Shown here one piece after another: positions 19,964-29,769 of a DNA stretch of 64,000 bases. Both the position numbers and the translations under genes were made by a program. The notes under the pieces are model-generated. The model saw only the letters and a list, made by a program, of their open reading frames with translations. It ran no database searches and was not told the DNA's origin. The stretch is from an uncultured Chloroflexia bacterium (GTDB taxonomy: Bacteria > Chloroflexota > Anaerolineae > Anaerolineales > Villigracilaceae): positions 14,812 to 78,811 of the forward strand of contig CAWHAM010000007.1 in NCBI GenBank assembly GCA_963827305.1, given 5' to 3'. Positions within the stretch are counted from its first letter, which is position 1, and each line of letters begins with the position of its first letter.

Positions 19964-21523
19964 CTAAGGATGGCCTTTGAAGATCTTGACCTCTTCATTG
20001 GCATAGACAAGTTTGAACTGAGGCAAATCGCTCATCGATCGGTAAAGTGGGGAGACATCGATCGGCATAAGACCGTCCTCCTGTGAGAGGACAATAGTAT
20101 CGATCTGCTCCCTATATTTCTCTTCAAGACCAAGAATACAATCTGCGCTGGCGTACAAGCAGTTCTGGGCCTGCGAGAAGAGTTGGATATACGCTTGATA
20201 GTGCTGGCTGCCAGGCAGCCATTCTCTGCCCTGAACCGTGGTCAAGTTGTGACGACCTGTCAGGGCAGGAAACCACTCCAACAGGGGTGAATGGAGCGGG
20301 TTGGTTTGCCCACTCAACACCAGGAAGTTGGCTCCGGGGTCCGTTTCGTTCACAACCCAAGCCAGCGCCTGCTGCTCCGGCATGGTGAGTGTGTGGTAGG
20401 AGAGTGTCACAGACACGTTATAGGCATTCGCCAGGCAGAAGATAGCCAGAAAACCGAAAAAGGCCTTCCCAACCGGCAGCTCAAGCGCCCGCCACCATTC
20501 ATCCATTTCTCTCTTGCGCTGCTGCAGGAAATAAGGCGCCACCATGTGAGTGATCACTCCGGCAGACAGGATTGATAACGGCAGCAAGGCAAATGGGACT
20601 CCACCCCGCGGGTCGGCAAACAGGGCTGCCAAAACCCAAACCGGCAGGAAATACTCCCGGCGGGCGAAAGCCATGAAGATCCCAATCACAGCAAACACGG
20701 AGAGGAAGTCGACATACTCGGCTGTGAAGGACAGGTTCAACAGGGGTGTCCAGAAAAAGAGGCGGTTGTTAGTGGATTGGCTGGCGTAAAGGAAGATACC
20801 AGCTCCATGCTGCATGATGACGGTCAGCCACCAGGGAGCGGTCAAAATGATGACCCCCAGAAGTACCAGCATGGCATGTCGCAGGCCGGTCCGGCTACGC
20901 CCCCAGCGCAGTCCGATTAAGGCAGTTGCCAGGACTGCCTGCAGGGCCCATTCCGGATGGCTCAATACGACCAAAACTCCGGCCGCAAGCGTTCCAGCTA
21001 GCCAGATGACCCGTTTTTCCTGAAACATGCGCAGGGCGCAATAAACCGTCATGAAGCCAAAAAGCCCACCCAACGAACGCGTCAGCCCCCCGCCAGTGAT
21101 CTGCCACCAGTAGGCGTATGGTGTCATGGCATAGAGGAAGGTGACCAGTGCAGCGGAAGGAGATGAGCGCAGTAACTGTCGGGCAAACAGGTAAATGATT
21201 GGCAAGACCAGCAAGTTGGCCACCACAGGCTGCCAGCAAATCAGCTCCAAAAGTGGCAAGTGGGTCAGGTTATTGACCAGACCTGTTAAGTAGAAGGCTA
21301 GCGGGGGATAGGCGTAGGGAATCTGGAGCAAATTGTAGGTCGTGTAGTCCGGGAGCAGGTAATGGTTGGCCTGCAGGTCCAGGATCATTTTATAGAACAG
21401 GCCACCATCAACCAACGGGAAATCGGTCCGCAATAGGGGGAAAATTCGCACCCCAACGCCAAAGACGGCCGCCAAGATTAGGAAGAACAGGGTGACTTCC
21501 TGCGTGTGCAAGACGCGTGGCAT
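19964..21523 (-). CDS. large polytopic membrane protein, putative GT-C-type glycosyltransferase
   Basis: About 12 TM plus a C-terminal soluble domain. N-terminal loop motif FPLVDGGLFYKMI...PYAYPPLAFYL. Start set to ATG at 21523 to avoid overlapping the upstream gene. Family assignment is tentative. Confidence 0.5.
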   Translation of the reverse strand: MPRVLHTQEVTLFFLILAAVFGVGVRIFPLLRTDFPLVDGGLFYKMILDLQANHYLLPDYTTYNLLQIPYAYPPLAFYLTGLVNNLTHLPLLELICWQPVVANLLVLPIIYLFARQLLRSSPSAALVTFLYAMTPYAYWWQITGGGLTRSLGGLFGFMTVYCALRMFQEKRVIWLAGTLAAGVLVVLSHPEWALQAVLATALIGLRWGRSRTGLRHAMLVLLGVIILTAPWWLTVIMQHGAGIFLYASQSTNNRLFFWTPLLNLSFTAEYVDFLSVFAVIGIFMAFARREYFLPVWVLAALFADPRGGVPFALLPLSILSAGVITHMVAPYFLQQRKREMDEWWRALELPVGKAFFGFLAIFCLANAYNVSVTLSYHTLTMPEQQALAWVVNETDPGANFLVLSGQTNPLHSPLLEWFPALTGRHNLTTVQGREWLPGSQHYQAYIQLFSQAQNCLYASADCILGLEEKYREQIDTIVLSQEDGLMPIDVSPLYRSMSDLPQFKLVYANEEVKIFKGHP

Positions 21524-21546
21524 AGGGGCAGGTCGGGGATGAGATC

Positions 21547-22743
21547 TCAAGTTGTTTTTCCTTGTCTTGGATGAGCAACCCCAGGATACCACAGTGCAAT
21601 CAACAGAACGGCTCCCAAAAAGTAAGGAAGAGTGAATTTAAGAACAAAAATGGAATTACTGGCAATCATCATCCAGGAAATTGCCAATAGGAACAGGATG
21701 GTGATTCTTCCATCGAGGTATCCTTTTTTCGTAACAAGCGCAAGCACGCATATTATCGGGATAAGCAGCAATGCCAGGTCATGATAATGCAAATGTGGGG
21801 AAGCAAACAAAGCCACCAGCGCCGCCAATCCAATCTGCTTTTCTTCGATACTTTCACTACGCGCCCAAACGACGCACAGGAAGACGATCCCGCAAGCATA
21901 GATAATCCAACTGGCGAGCCTTGCATAATCTGGCGGGATATCGGGAACCAAACGCCGGAGCAGGCCAAGTAAGTTAACCATGGACAACTCATTGATTTTA
22001 TACCCGGTTCCGTTGGCACTGATGCTCAAAATATTGATAAAATTCCCCGCACCCTTGATTCCGACCAGAAGAACACTAAAGACGGCTAATATTGAGGCGC
22101 CGAGGAGAAACCACCACCATACCTTTCTCCGCCTGAATAGAAACGGCAGGGCCAGTAAAAGGGCAATATGCGGGCGGATGGTTGTCATTGCAAGGCCAAA
22201 CCCTGCGAGGCGGTCGTCACCACCAAGCAGGCCGTACAGCCAAAGTGCTGCACCGAGCAATAACAGGGCAGTATCCTGTCCATTCAGGACACTGACAAAG
22301 GCAGGAAAGAACAGGATGATACTAAAGAAAAGAACTTTCCTTTCCTTGACCTGCGGGATTACCCGGAGAAGCATCAGTGCGCTTACACCATAAAGAATAA
22401 AAAGAAGGATTGCCCATGCGTGGAAGGCCCAGACATAAGGGAATAAAGCAATGACCGCAAGGATTGGGAGAATGAAGGGGGGATGAACAAAAGGATTTAG
22501 ATCGCTCGGGAGAATGGGAAAAACCAGTATTTTTTCTTCTTCAATAACCTGGAGGTGGGGATCAAACACACCCGCACGATCGCCCGATAGCACGATCCGA
22601 CCCGCAGCATAAAAGGCGATAAAATCCGTTCCTGTCCGCTCTGCGGGGCTGGTGATCATGCGCACCCAGAGCAAAGCGTAAAGGATGACAAGCGCCGCCA
22701 ACCCGGCAACCACAAAAACCCGGCGGAAATCAACCTTCTTCAT
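21547..22743 (-). CDS. GT87/DUF2029 family membrane glycosyltransferase (paralog 3)
   Basis: Shares RPHIALLLALPFLFRRRKVWWWF and HLHYHDLALLLIP blocks with 23612..24844. Start set to ATG at 22743 (MKKVDFRR...). Confidence 0.75.
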   Translation of the reverse strand: MKKVDFRRVFVVAGLAALVILYALLWVRMITSPAERTGTDFIAFYAAGRIVLSGDRAGVFDPHLQVIEEEKILVFPILPSDLNPFVHPPFILPILAVIALFPYVWAFHAWAILLFILYGVSALMLLRVIPQVKERKVLFFSIILFFPAFVSVLNGQDTALLLLGAALWLYGLLGGDDRLAGFGLAMTTIRPHIALLLALPFLFRRRKVWWWFLLGASILAVFSVLLVGIKGAGNFINILSISANGTGYKINELSMVNLLGLLRRLVPDIPPDYARLASWIIYACGIVFLCVVWARSESIEEKQIGLAALVALFASPHLHYHDLALLLIPIICVLALVTKKGYLDGRITILFLLAISWMMIASNSIFVLKFTLPYFLGAVLLIALWYPGVAHPRQGKTT

Positions 22744-23615
22744 GGCACCTTTCTGCCAGCCAGGCCAACACGGGCAATGCCGCCATAAGAAGATACGGGA
22801 TGGTGAACCAAGCCGGGTCCCAGAACTCGCTGAAGAGCAGAATAATAGAAACCAGCATTGGCACTGCCGCGGCGCGCTGGATCGCCAGCCTGCCTGCCTT
22901 GACCAGGACAATGGCCATTCCAAGAACGGGGGATCAGTAGGAGCGCTAAGTCATGGTAATGCAGGTGTGGTGTGGTGAACACGCATATTGCCACAGCCAG
23001 AACAATCTGGTGGTAATGGATTTCCGGAGAAGACTTCCACCAGACGGACAATCCTATAACTGCTGCTAAAAACAATCCCCATGCGGCGACATGCACTGCA
23101 TCTATATCTGCGTGTGGAAGGAGTCTCAGAACCATACCGGTGAAGTTGAACATGGCGTTCTGGTTCATGCCAAACCCCTGACCGATGGCACTGATCCTTA
23201 GTAGTGAAATAAAATCGCGCACTCCCTCAAACCTTACCAATGCAAGGCTGTACAACGCCAAGAATGCTGCCCCGCCACAGAACCACCACCAGACCCTGCG
23301 CCGGTTGAACAAAAACGGCACGGCCAGAATAACCGCAATCTGCGGACGAGTGACGGGCGGCTGCGTAAGGGTCCAGTAATTTTCCGCCCAGTTGGTATTT
23401 GTATACCCCGAAGTTGACCGATATAACTGCAGCCATTCCGGCGTACTGGGTTTGATTCCTAAAAGGGATTCAAAATAAAAACTTGTAGCAATCCATTGGC
23501 TTTCATCAGGATAAAAAGGGACATCCTGAAGGTGTTGAAAATAAACGCATACTAAAATAATAGCAGCAAGAAGCAGTTCAAGTGGACCGGTTTTTTTCAA
23601 TAACCAGGTTTTCAT
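22730..23615 (-). pseudogene. decayed or chimeric GT87/DUF2029 paralog (paralog 2)
   Basis: The first ~88 aa are unrelated to GT87. From RPQIAVILAVPFLFNRRRVWWWF it matches the C-terminal half of its neighbours. The frame breaks after HLHYHDLALLLIP at a G5 run (22928-22932), and the conserved C-terminus continues in ORF 22730..22918 (...FTIPYLLMAALPVLAW). Confidence 0.6.
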
Positions 23616-24844
23616 GGCCGCATCTTTGATCGGTTTTCCAGCTCGGCAACCGATCCGGCTCGGCGGGCAACGATCTCGTTATGCCAGATGAGAAAAGGCA
23701 AGCTCGCCATTAATAGATAGGGAATAATGTTATAGATGGGTCTCCACAATTCAGCGATAAGTAATACCAGGGAAACGACTGTAAGCATTGCCGCGGCAGG
23801 CAGGAACGTAATCTTTCCACCCCCTGCCCCTGTCACTCCCCATCCAATAATTGGAACCGCCAGCAGCGCCAGATCATGGTAGTGTAAATGGGGGGCGGCG
23901 AACAGGCTCAGACTCACCGCTAGTGCAAGCTGCCACAAACGGACGGGGTTCGACCTAGACCACAATACACACAGGCCAATCAATGCCAGGGCGTAGCAAC
24001 CCCAACCGATGCTATGCGCCACACCCAATCCCAGCCCAGGAGCAACACGCAACAAGAGTCCCACCAGGTTGAACATCTCCTCTTCATCCCAACCAAAGCC
24101 CTCCACACCAGTGCTTAGAGAAAGAACATGCAAGTATTCCCCCATCCCGGACCAACCAAGTTGAACAAAGCTGTACAGTCCCAAACCTGCCGCTGTAACC
24201 AAAAACCACCACCAAATCTTTCGCTTTTTAAACAGAAAAGGGACAGCCAGTACAAGGGCTATCTGCGGCCTGACGAGAGTCAGCCCCAGGCCAAAGCCTG
24301 CCAGCCAATCTTTTTCAAGCATCCAGCCAGAAAGCAAAAATAGTCCTCCTGAGTAAAGCAGAAAAGTATCCTGGCCCTTTAATAGACTGACGAAAAACGG
24401 TTCAAAAAGCGTCAGCCCAATCACAACAATTAATGTCTCCAAGCGCGGCCAGCCATCTTTTCTTAAGGACTGGTATATCGTGGATAATGGAAGAATCATG
24501 ATAAGCAAGACCAGCACAAAATAACAATAATATGCTGTTCTGTAATCCAAGCCGGCCAGGATAGCCATTAAAGGAAAAACAAATGGGGGATGATTGGGTA
24601 ACAGAAGTTTTTCAGCATTCACTGGCGCCCCTGCCACCTCAGCCTGATAAACACTCGCAAGATTCAGGTCATAAACATGGCTCGAACCGTGCTCACGAAA
24701 AGCTTTCCCCACAGAGTAAAACCAACGAAAATCAGCCCCTTCCGCTAATCCGGAATGGACATAAGTATATGTTCCAATGAAAAACCAGCTTAACTGGAAC
24801 ATGATAGCAAAGATCAGCAAGGTCAAGCCTTGCAAGTATTTCAT
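23612..24844 (-). CDS. GT87/DUF2029 family membrane glycosyltransferase (paralog 1)
   Basis: Polytopic, with RPQIALVLAVPFLFKKRKIWWWF and HLHYHDLALLAVP. Start set to ATG at 24844 (MKYLQGL...) to avoid overlapping the DUF4342 gene. Confidence 0.75.
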   Translation of the reverse strand: MKYLQGLTLLIFAIMFQLSWFFIGTYTYVHSGLAEGADFRWFYSVGKAFREHGSSHVYDLNLASVYQAEVAGAPVNAEKLLLPNHPPFVFPLMAILAGLDYRTAYYCYFVLVLLIMILPLSTIYQSLRKDGWPRLETLIVVIGLTLFEPFFVSLLKGQDTFLLYSGGLFLLSGWMLEKDWLAGFGLGLTLVRPQIALVLAVPFLFKKRKIWWWFLVTAAGLGLYSFVQLGWSGMGEYLHVLSLSTGVEGFGWDEEEMFNLVGLLLRVAPGLGLGVAHSIGWGCYALALIGLCVLWSRSNPVRLWQLALAVSLSLFAAPHLHYHDLALLAVPIIGWGVTGAGGGKITFLPAAAMLTVVSLVLLIAELWRPIYNIIPYLLMASLPFLIWHNEIVARRAGSVAELENRSKMRP

Positions 24845-24848
24845 GCGG

Positions 24849-25097
24849 CTATTTATCCATTTTCTCCACCACGACAGTGGCCTCACCGATCAAGGCTGCC
24901 ACCGCCCCCACTGCTGCCAGGGTGGGTGCCAGGACCACTCCGACCACACCGAATGTCAGCGGAAACTCCAGCATGACCTTGCCATCCCGGTCTTTAATGA
25001 TAATGCGGCGGATATTGCCCTCGTGGATCAATTGCTTGATCTTGGCTATCAGTTCTTCGCCATTTACGTGAAACTCTTCCGTACGGAATTCAGACAT
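24849..25097 (-). CDS. DUF4342 domain protein
   Basis: MSEFRTEEFHVNGEELIAKIKQLIHEGNIRRIIIKDRDGKVMLEFPLTFGVVGVVLAPTLAAVGA matches the DUF4342 pattern. Start at the internal ATG 25097. Confidence 0.7.
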   Translation of the reverse strand: MSEFRTEEFHVNGEELIAKIKQLIHEGNIRRIIIKDRDGKVMLEFPLTFGVVGVVLAPTLAAVGAVAALIGEATVVVEKMDK

Positions 25098-25263
25098 GGG
25101 TGCTCCTTGTATAATTGGTTTTAGAATTAGCCGATATCCCAATTTAGGGATATTGTAAATATTATCGCATAATATTGCCTAATTGTGACCGTTATCGCAC
25201 CCGAATATTCGATTTGTGTTATATACTGTGGATTAGCTTTCATTCCCTTTCAAGGAGATTTTC

Positions 25264-26397
25264 ATGATCACCATCGAAAAAGTGGATACGGACAACAAAT
25301 CGCAGGTCAAGCGCTTCATCGAGTTCTATTATGATCTCTATAAAGACTGTCCGCAGTGGGTGCCGCCGCTTTTCGTGGATGCCTACCTCCCGCTCAACCG
25401 GAAGAAACATCCATTCTTCGAATATTCGGATGCGGATTTTTTTCTGGCGGTTCAGGATGGAAGAGTTGTGGGCCGTATCTGTGCCGGGGAGAACAAGCTA
25501 TTCAACGAATACCACAAGACCAAAAAGGCCCAATTCTATTTCTTCGACACTCTTGACGATCTGGAAGTGGCAAGGTCGCTCTTCGAGGCCGCCTTCGACT
25601 GGGCCCGTCAGCGCGGGTTGGATACGATGATCGGGCCAAAAGGCCTCTCCCCCTTCGATGGTTATGGTGTTTTGGTTGAAGGTTTTGATCACCGGCAGAT
25701 GATGACCATGATGAACTACAACTACGATTATTACCCTAAACTGGTCGAAGCACTCGGCTTCGAGAAGGAAGTGGACTTCGTCTCCTGCTACCTGCCGGCG
25801 GAGGCCTTCAGGATCCCGGAGCGGGTCGAACGCATCGCCAAGTGGGCCATGCAGCGCGGCAACCTGTGGGTCAAGAACTTCAAGAGTAAAAAGGAACTGG
25901 TTGGCTGGGCACAGCGCATCGGCCGGAGTTACAACAAAACCTTCATCAATAACTGGGAATATTATCCCTTCACCCAGGGTGATGTCGATTATGCCGTGCA
26001 GAACGTTTTCATGGTGGCGGACCATCGCCTGATCAAACTGATCATGCACGGCGAGGATATCGTTGGTTTCCTGTTCGCCTTCCCGGATGCTTCGGCTGCT
26101 CTGCAGCGTGCCAAAGGCCACCTGTTCCCCTTCGGGATCGTGGACCTGCTGCTCGAAATGAAGCGCACCAAAACCGTTTCCGGGAATGGCATGGGTGTTC
26201 TGCCCGAGTTCCAGGGCACTGGTGGTAATGCCTTGCTCTATTATGAACTGGGCAAGACCGTCCTGGATAATTATGATTTCAAATTCGTTGAGATGACCCA
26301 GGTGGCCGAGACCACCAAGCAGATGCGCGCCGATTTGAAGAACCTGAACGGGGTGGAGTACAAGAACCATCGCGTTTATAGAAAAGAGATCAAGTGA
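25264..26397 (+). CDS. GNAT-fold acyltransferase-like protein (uncharacterised ~375-aa family), paralog of 43227..44348
   Basis: Colinear similarity to 43227..44348 along the whole length (WVPP/WVPA, GR(I/L)..., MIGPKG/MVGPKG, LFPFG, VEMTQV/AEVVQI). Confidence 0.65.
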   Translation: MITIEKVDTDNKSQVKRFIEFYYDLYKDCPQWVPPLFVDAYLPLNRKKHPFFEYSDADFFLAVQDGRVVGRICAGENKLFNEYHKTKKAQFYFFDTLDDLEVARSLFEAAFDWARQRGLDTMIGPKGLSPFDGYGVLVEGFDHRQMMTMMNYNYDYYPKLVEALGFEKEVDFVSCYLPAEAFRIPERVERIAKWAMQRGNLWVKNFKSKKELVGWAQRIGRSYNKTFINNWEYYPFTQGDVDYAVQNVFMVADHRLIKLIMHGEDIVGFLFAFPDASAALQRAKGHLFPFGIVDLLLEMKRTKTVSGNGMGVLPEFQGTGGNALLYYELGKTVLDNYDFKFVEMTQVAETTKQMRADLKNLNGVEYKNHRVYRKEIK

Positions 26398-26412
26398 TCT
26401 TCTGACAAACGC

Positions 26413-26448
26413 AAAATTCCCGCCGAAAATGGCGGGAATTTTGTTTTG
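26413..26448. terminator. bidirectional rho-independent terminator between convergent genes
   Basis: AAAATTCCCGCC-GAAAAT-GGCGGGAATTTTGTTTT: A-tract, stem and T-tract. Confidence 0.6.
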
Positions 26449-26461
26449 GTTTGGTCAGCTA

Positions 26462-26671
26462 TTACAGAATGGTGACGTTGGTAGCCTGAGGGCCTTTGTT
26501 GCCCTGCTCGACTTCGAATTCGACCTTCTGGCCTTCGTCCAGGTTGCGGAAACCTTCGCTCTGGATGGCGGAGTAGTGGACAAAGACATCCGGGCCGTTC
26601 TCACGAGCAATGAACCCGTAGCCCTTGCTGCCGTTGAACCACTTGACCGTGCCGACGATACGTTCAGACAT
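26462..26671 (-). CDS. cspA: cold-shock protein (CspA family)
   Basis: 69 aa. RNP1 KGYGFI and RNP2 VFVHY. SD AAGGAGG and a >100-nt structured leader upstream. Confidence 0.95.
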   Translation of the reverse strand: MSERIVGTVKWFNGSKGYGFIARENGPDVFVHYSAIQSEGFRNLDEGQKVEFEVEQGNKGPQATNVTIL

Positions 26672-27021
26672 ATTATTTGCCTCCTTATGGCAAAAGAAAA
26701 AATGGTGTGTCAGAGTCGTTCCATCGGACGATCAAATGAAATGACCCGGGTGAAGAAACCTCGGGTCATCGTTTTTCTCTTTCCAACGTGAACTTACTGG
26801 CATCTTACAATCCCTATGATAAAGCCAAAATTCGGATACGTCAAGGTGGAATTTTGCCTGTCAGGTTGGGGAGAGCAGGTTCTTGGAGTGCTTGCACCCC
26901 AAATCCCAACTCTGTAAGAACGTTGTTTCCTGTGCTGAACGGAAAGCATGTTCAAAATTGTCTTATCGGGTATGATTAAGCGTGTCCTATCAATCGCAGC
27001 AAACCGCCGGCGAGGATACAA

Positions 27022-29769
27022 ATGCCCGAATTTGAATTCCACATTTCACGCAAAGCCCGCAAGAAATACCAGTTTGATGAGGCCCTTTTCTCCCTGGACG
27101 GTAATGTTGTCCTGGCGGATTTCGCCGCTGCCCGGCATTTTGCCGAGAGCATGACCAGGGTGCGCGGCGAGCCGGTCCCGGCCAGCGATATCAATGCCAT
27201 GGGGCTGATTGACGAGATTTTACATATCCTCATCCGCCAGTACGAACGGCAAAATCCCGGTGCGATGCAGCGGGCATTTGAATATGTCAGGAAAGACGCC
27301 GATGCAACCCTTTTGAAATTTGTGGAAGAGTTTCCCCCACTAACCGTCCAGCGTGGAGAGATTGAGGCACGCCATTACCTGGATTTGGAAACAGCCGGCC
27401 GGCCGAACCGCCAGTCCAGTCTGGAGGAGATGCTGCTGCTTTACCTGGCCAACGCCAATCCCGCCCTTGCTCCCTATCACGAGTTGTTCGACGATAAAGA
27501 ACTTCGCCGAATGACCTCTTACGAAACAGTCATATCCGGTCTGCGGACCTTTTTCGTGACAGAACCGGGTTTCACCTCCGGCGGTGAGACCCTTTTCGAG
27601 GCGCTGCTCGCCCCATCCCGTCGCGCACCCCACTCGCTCCAGGTCCAGTTGGAATACCTGCTAGAACGCTGGGGAGCGGTCCTGGGCGAAAGCTTTGTTA
27701 TCAGAATCCTGCGTAGCCTTGATTTTATCAAGGAAGAGGTCATCCGGCGCACGGGTCCAGGCGGGTTCGGCGGCAACGCGCCCGTGCTGACGTTCAGCGG
27801 GTACGACTATACCGAATACGAACGCTTCAGCCTGGATAAGGATTGGATGCCGCGACTCGTGCTGATTGCAAAGAACTCCTACGTCTGGCTCGACCAGTTA
27901 TCCAAAAAGTACCAGCGCTCCATTGCCCACCTCGATCAGATCCCCGATGAAGAGCTGGAAATATTACGACAACGCGGCATCACCGGTCTATGGTTGATCG
28001 GTCTATGGGAACGCAGCCTGGCTTCGCAAAGAATGAAACAGATGATGGGCAACCCGGATGCAGTCGCATCGGCTTATTCGCTGATGGATTATCAAATCGC
28101 CGGGGACCTGGGTGGTTGGGATGCGTTGCAGAACCTGCGCTGGCGCGCCTGGCAGCACGGCGTGCGCTTATCTGCCGATATGGTCCCCAACCATATGGGC
28201 ATCGACTCGCGTTGGGTTGTGGAGCACCCCGATTGGTTCCTTTCCCTACCTTATGCGCCCTACCCCAACTACACCTTCAATGGCGCCGACCTATCGAATG
28301 ACAACCGTGTGGGTATCTTCATTGAAGATCATTATTACGAAAAAACCGATGCGGCGGTCGTTTTCAAGCGCCTCGACCGATGGACAGGTAATGCGCTCTA
28401 TATCTACCACGGTAATGACGGCACCTCCATGCCCTGGAACGATACTGCCCAGTTGGATTTCTCTAAGGCGGAAGTACGCGAAGCCGTCATCCAGACCATC
28501 CTGCACGTGGCGCGTAACTTCCCGATCATCCGTTTCGACGCGGCCATGACGCTCGCCAAGAAGCACATCCAGCGCCTGTGGTTCCCTGAACCCGGTTCTG
28601 GTGGCACCATCCCATCCCGTTCAGAGTACGGCATGACGCGTACCCAGTTCGAGGCAGCCATGCCGACCGAGTTCTGGCGCGAAGTAGTGGACCGGGTCGC
28701 GGCCGAGGTTCCGGATACACTTCTACTGGCCGAGGCCTTTTGGATGATGGAAGGCTACTTTGTCCGAACGCTGGGCATGCACCGGGTTTACAACTCAGCC
28801 TTCATGCATATGCTGCGCGACGAGGATAACGCCAAGTATCGCCAAGTGATGAAGAACACCCTCGAGTTCGACCCGCAGGTGCTCAAACGCTACGTCAACT
28901 TCATGAACAACCCGGATGAAAAGACCGCTGCTGAACAGTTTGGTACCACCGACAAGTATTTCGGTGTCTGCACAATGATGGTAACCCTACCCGGCCTGCC
29001 GATGTTCGGTCATGGACAGATCGAAGGCTATCGCGAGAAATATGGCATGGAATACCGTTACGCTAAGTGGAACGAGTTCATGGATGAGGGCCTGGTACGC
29101 GGCCACGAATGGCGCATCTTTCCTCTCACCCATCGGCGTGCACTCTTCGCCGAGGTGGAAAATTTTCTGCTCTATGACTTCTATACTCCCGAAGGCTATG
29201 TCAATGAGGATGTGTTCGCATATTCCAACCGCTTCGGGGACGAGCGTGGCCTGGTGGTGTATCACAATAAATACGCCGAAACCCGTGGCTGGGTCAAGAC
29301 TTCCGCCGCTTACATGGATAAGTTGAGCGGCAACCTGGTCCAGAAGACTCTGGCAGAAGGCTTGAACATTCCCGCCGGAGCAACTGATTATATGACTTTC
29401 CGGGATTACGTAACTCAACTGGAATACATCCGTCCTTGCCGGGAACTGGTCGAAAAAGGATTATTCGTCCTGCTAGGCGCATACCAGTGCCACGTCTTCC
29501 TGGACTGGCGATTCGTCAGCGGAGAAGAATGGAAAACCGTTTGCGAAACGCTGAACGGCGCCGGGCTGCTATCCATCCAGACAAAGTTTGACGAGATGTT
29601 TGTGGTGAAGGAAGAAGTAATCAGCCAGCCGGAAATAACAAGGAAGAGAAAAGCAACGGGCAAACGCGCAACGAAGAAACTGGCGGGAAAGATCGCTGTG
29701 GAGAAACCTGCAAAAAGCAAAAAAGGAAGACCTGCCAGCAGGAAGAAAAACAGAGGTAATGACAAATGA
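27022..29769 (+). CDS. alpha-amylase (GH13-like) family glycoside hydrolase with long N-terminal domain and Lys/Arg-rich C-terminal tail
   Basis: GH13-like conserved regions DMVPNH, IRFDAAMTLAK, LLLAEAFW and FMNNPDE. Last ~45 aa read KRKATGKRATKKLAGKIAVEKPAKSKKGRPASRKKNRGNDK. Confidence 0.8.
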   Translation: MPEFEFHISRKARKKYQFDEALFSLDGNVVLADFAAARHFAESMTRVRGEPVPASDINAMGLIDEILHILIRQYERQNPGAMQRAFEYVRKDADATLLKFVEEFPPLTVQRGEIEARHYLDLETAGRPNRQSSLEEMLLLYLANANPALAPYHELFDDKELRRMTSYETVISGLRTFFVTEPGFTSGGETLFEALLAPSRRAPHSLQVQLEYLLERWGAVLGESFVIRILRSLDFIKEEVIRRTGPGGFGGNAPVLTFSGYDYTEYERFSLDKDWMPRLVLIAKNSYVWLDQLSKKYQRSIAHLDQIPDEELEILRQRGITGLWLIGLWERSLASQRMKQMMGNPDAVASAYSLMDYQIAGDLGGWDALQNLRWRAWQHGVRLSADMVPNHMGIDSRWVVEHPDWFLSLPYAPYPNYTFNGADLSNDNRVGIFIEDHYYEKTDAAVVFKRLDRWTGNALYIYHGNDGTSMPWNDTAQLDFSKAEVREAVIQTILHVARNFPIIRFDAAMTLAKKHIQRLWFPEPGSGGTIPSRSEYGMTRTQFEAAMPTEFWREVVDRVAAEVPDTLLLAEAFWMMEGYFVRTLGMHRVYNSAFMHMLRDEDNAKYRQVMKNTLEFDPQVLKRYVNFMNNPDEKTAAEQFGTTDKYFGVCTMMVTLPGLPMFGHGQIEGYREKYGMEYRYAKWNEFMDEGLVRGHEWRIFPLTHRRALFAEVENFLLYDFYTPEGYVNEDVFAYSNRFGDERGLVVYHNKYAETRGWVKTSAAYMDKLSGNLVQKTLAEGLNIPAGATDYMTFRDYVTQLEYIRPCRELVEKGLFVLLGAYQCHVFLDWRFVSGEEWKTVCETLNGAGLLSIQTKFDEMFVVKEEVISQPEITRKRKATGKRATKKLAGKIAVEKPAKSKKGRPASRKKNRGNDK

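Noticed and set aside
19835-20086. ORF 19835..20086 (+) as a candidate modC substitute downstream of modB.
   Set aside because: It is only 83 aa with no Walker motifs, and most of it overlaps the C-terminus of the convergent membrane protein gene.
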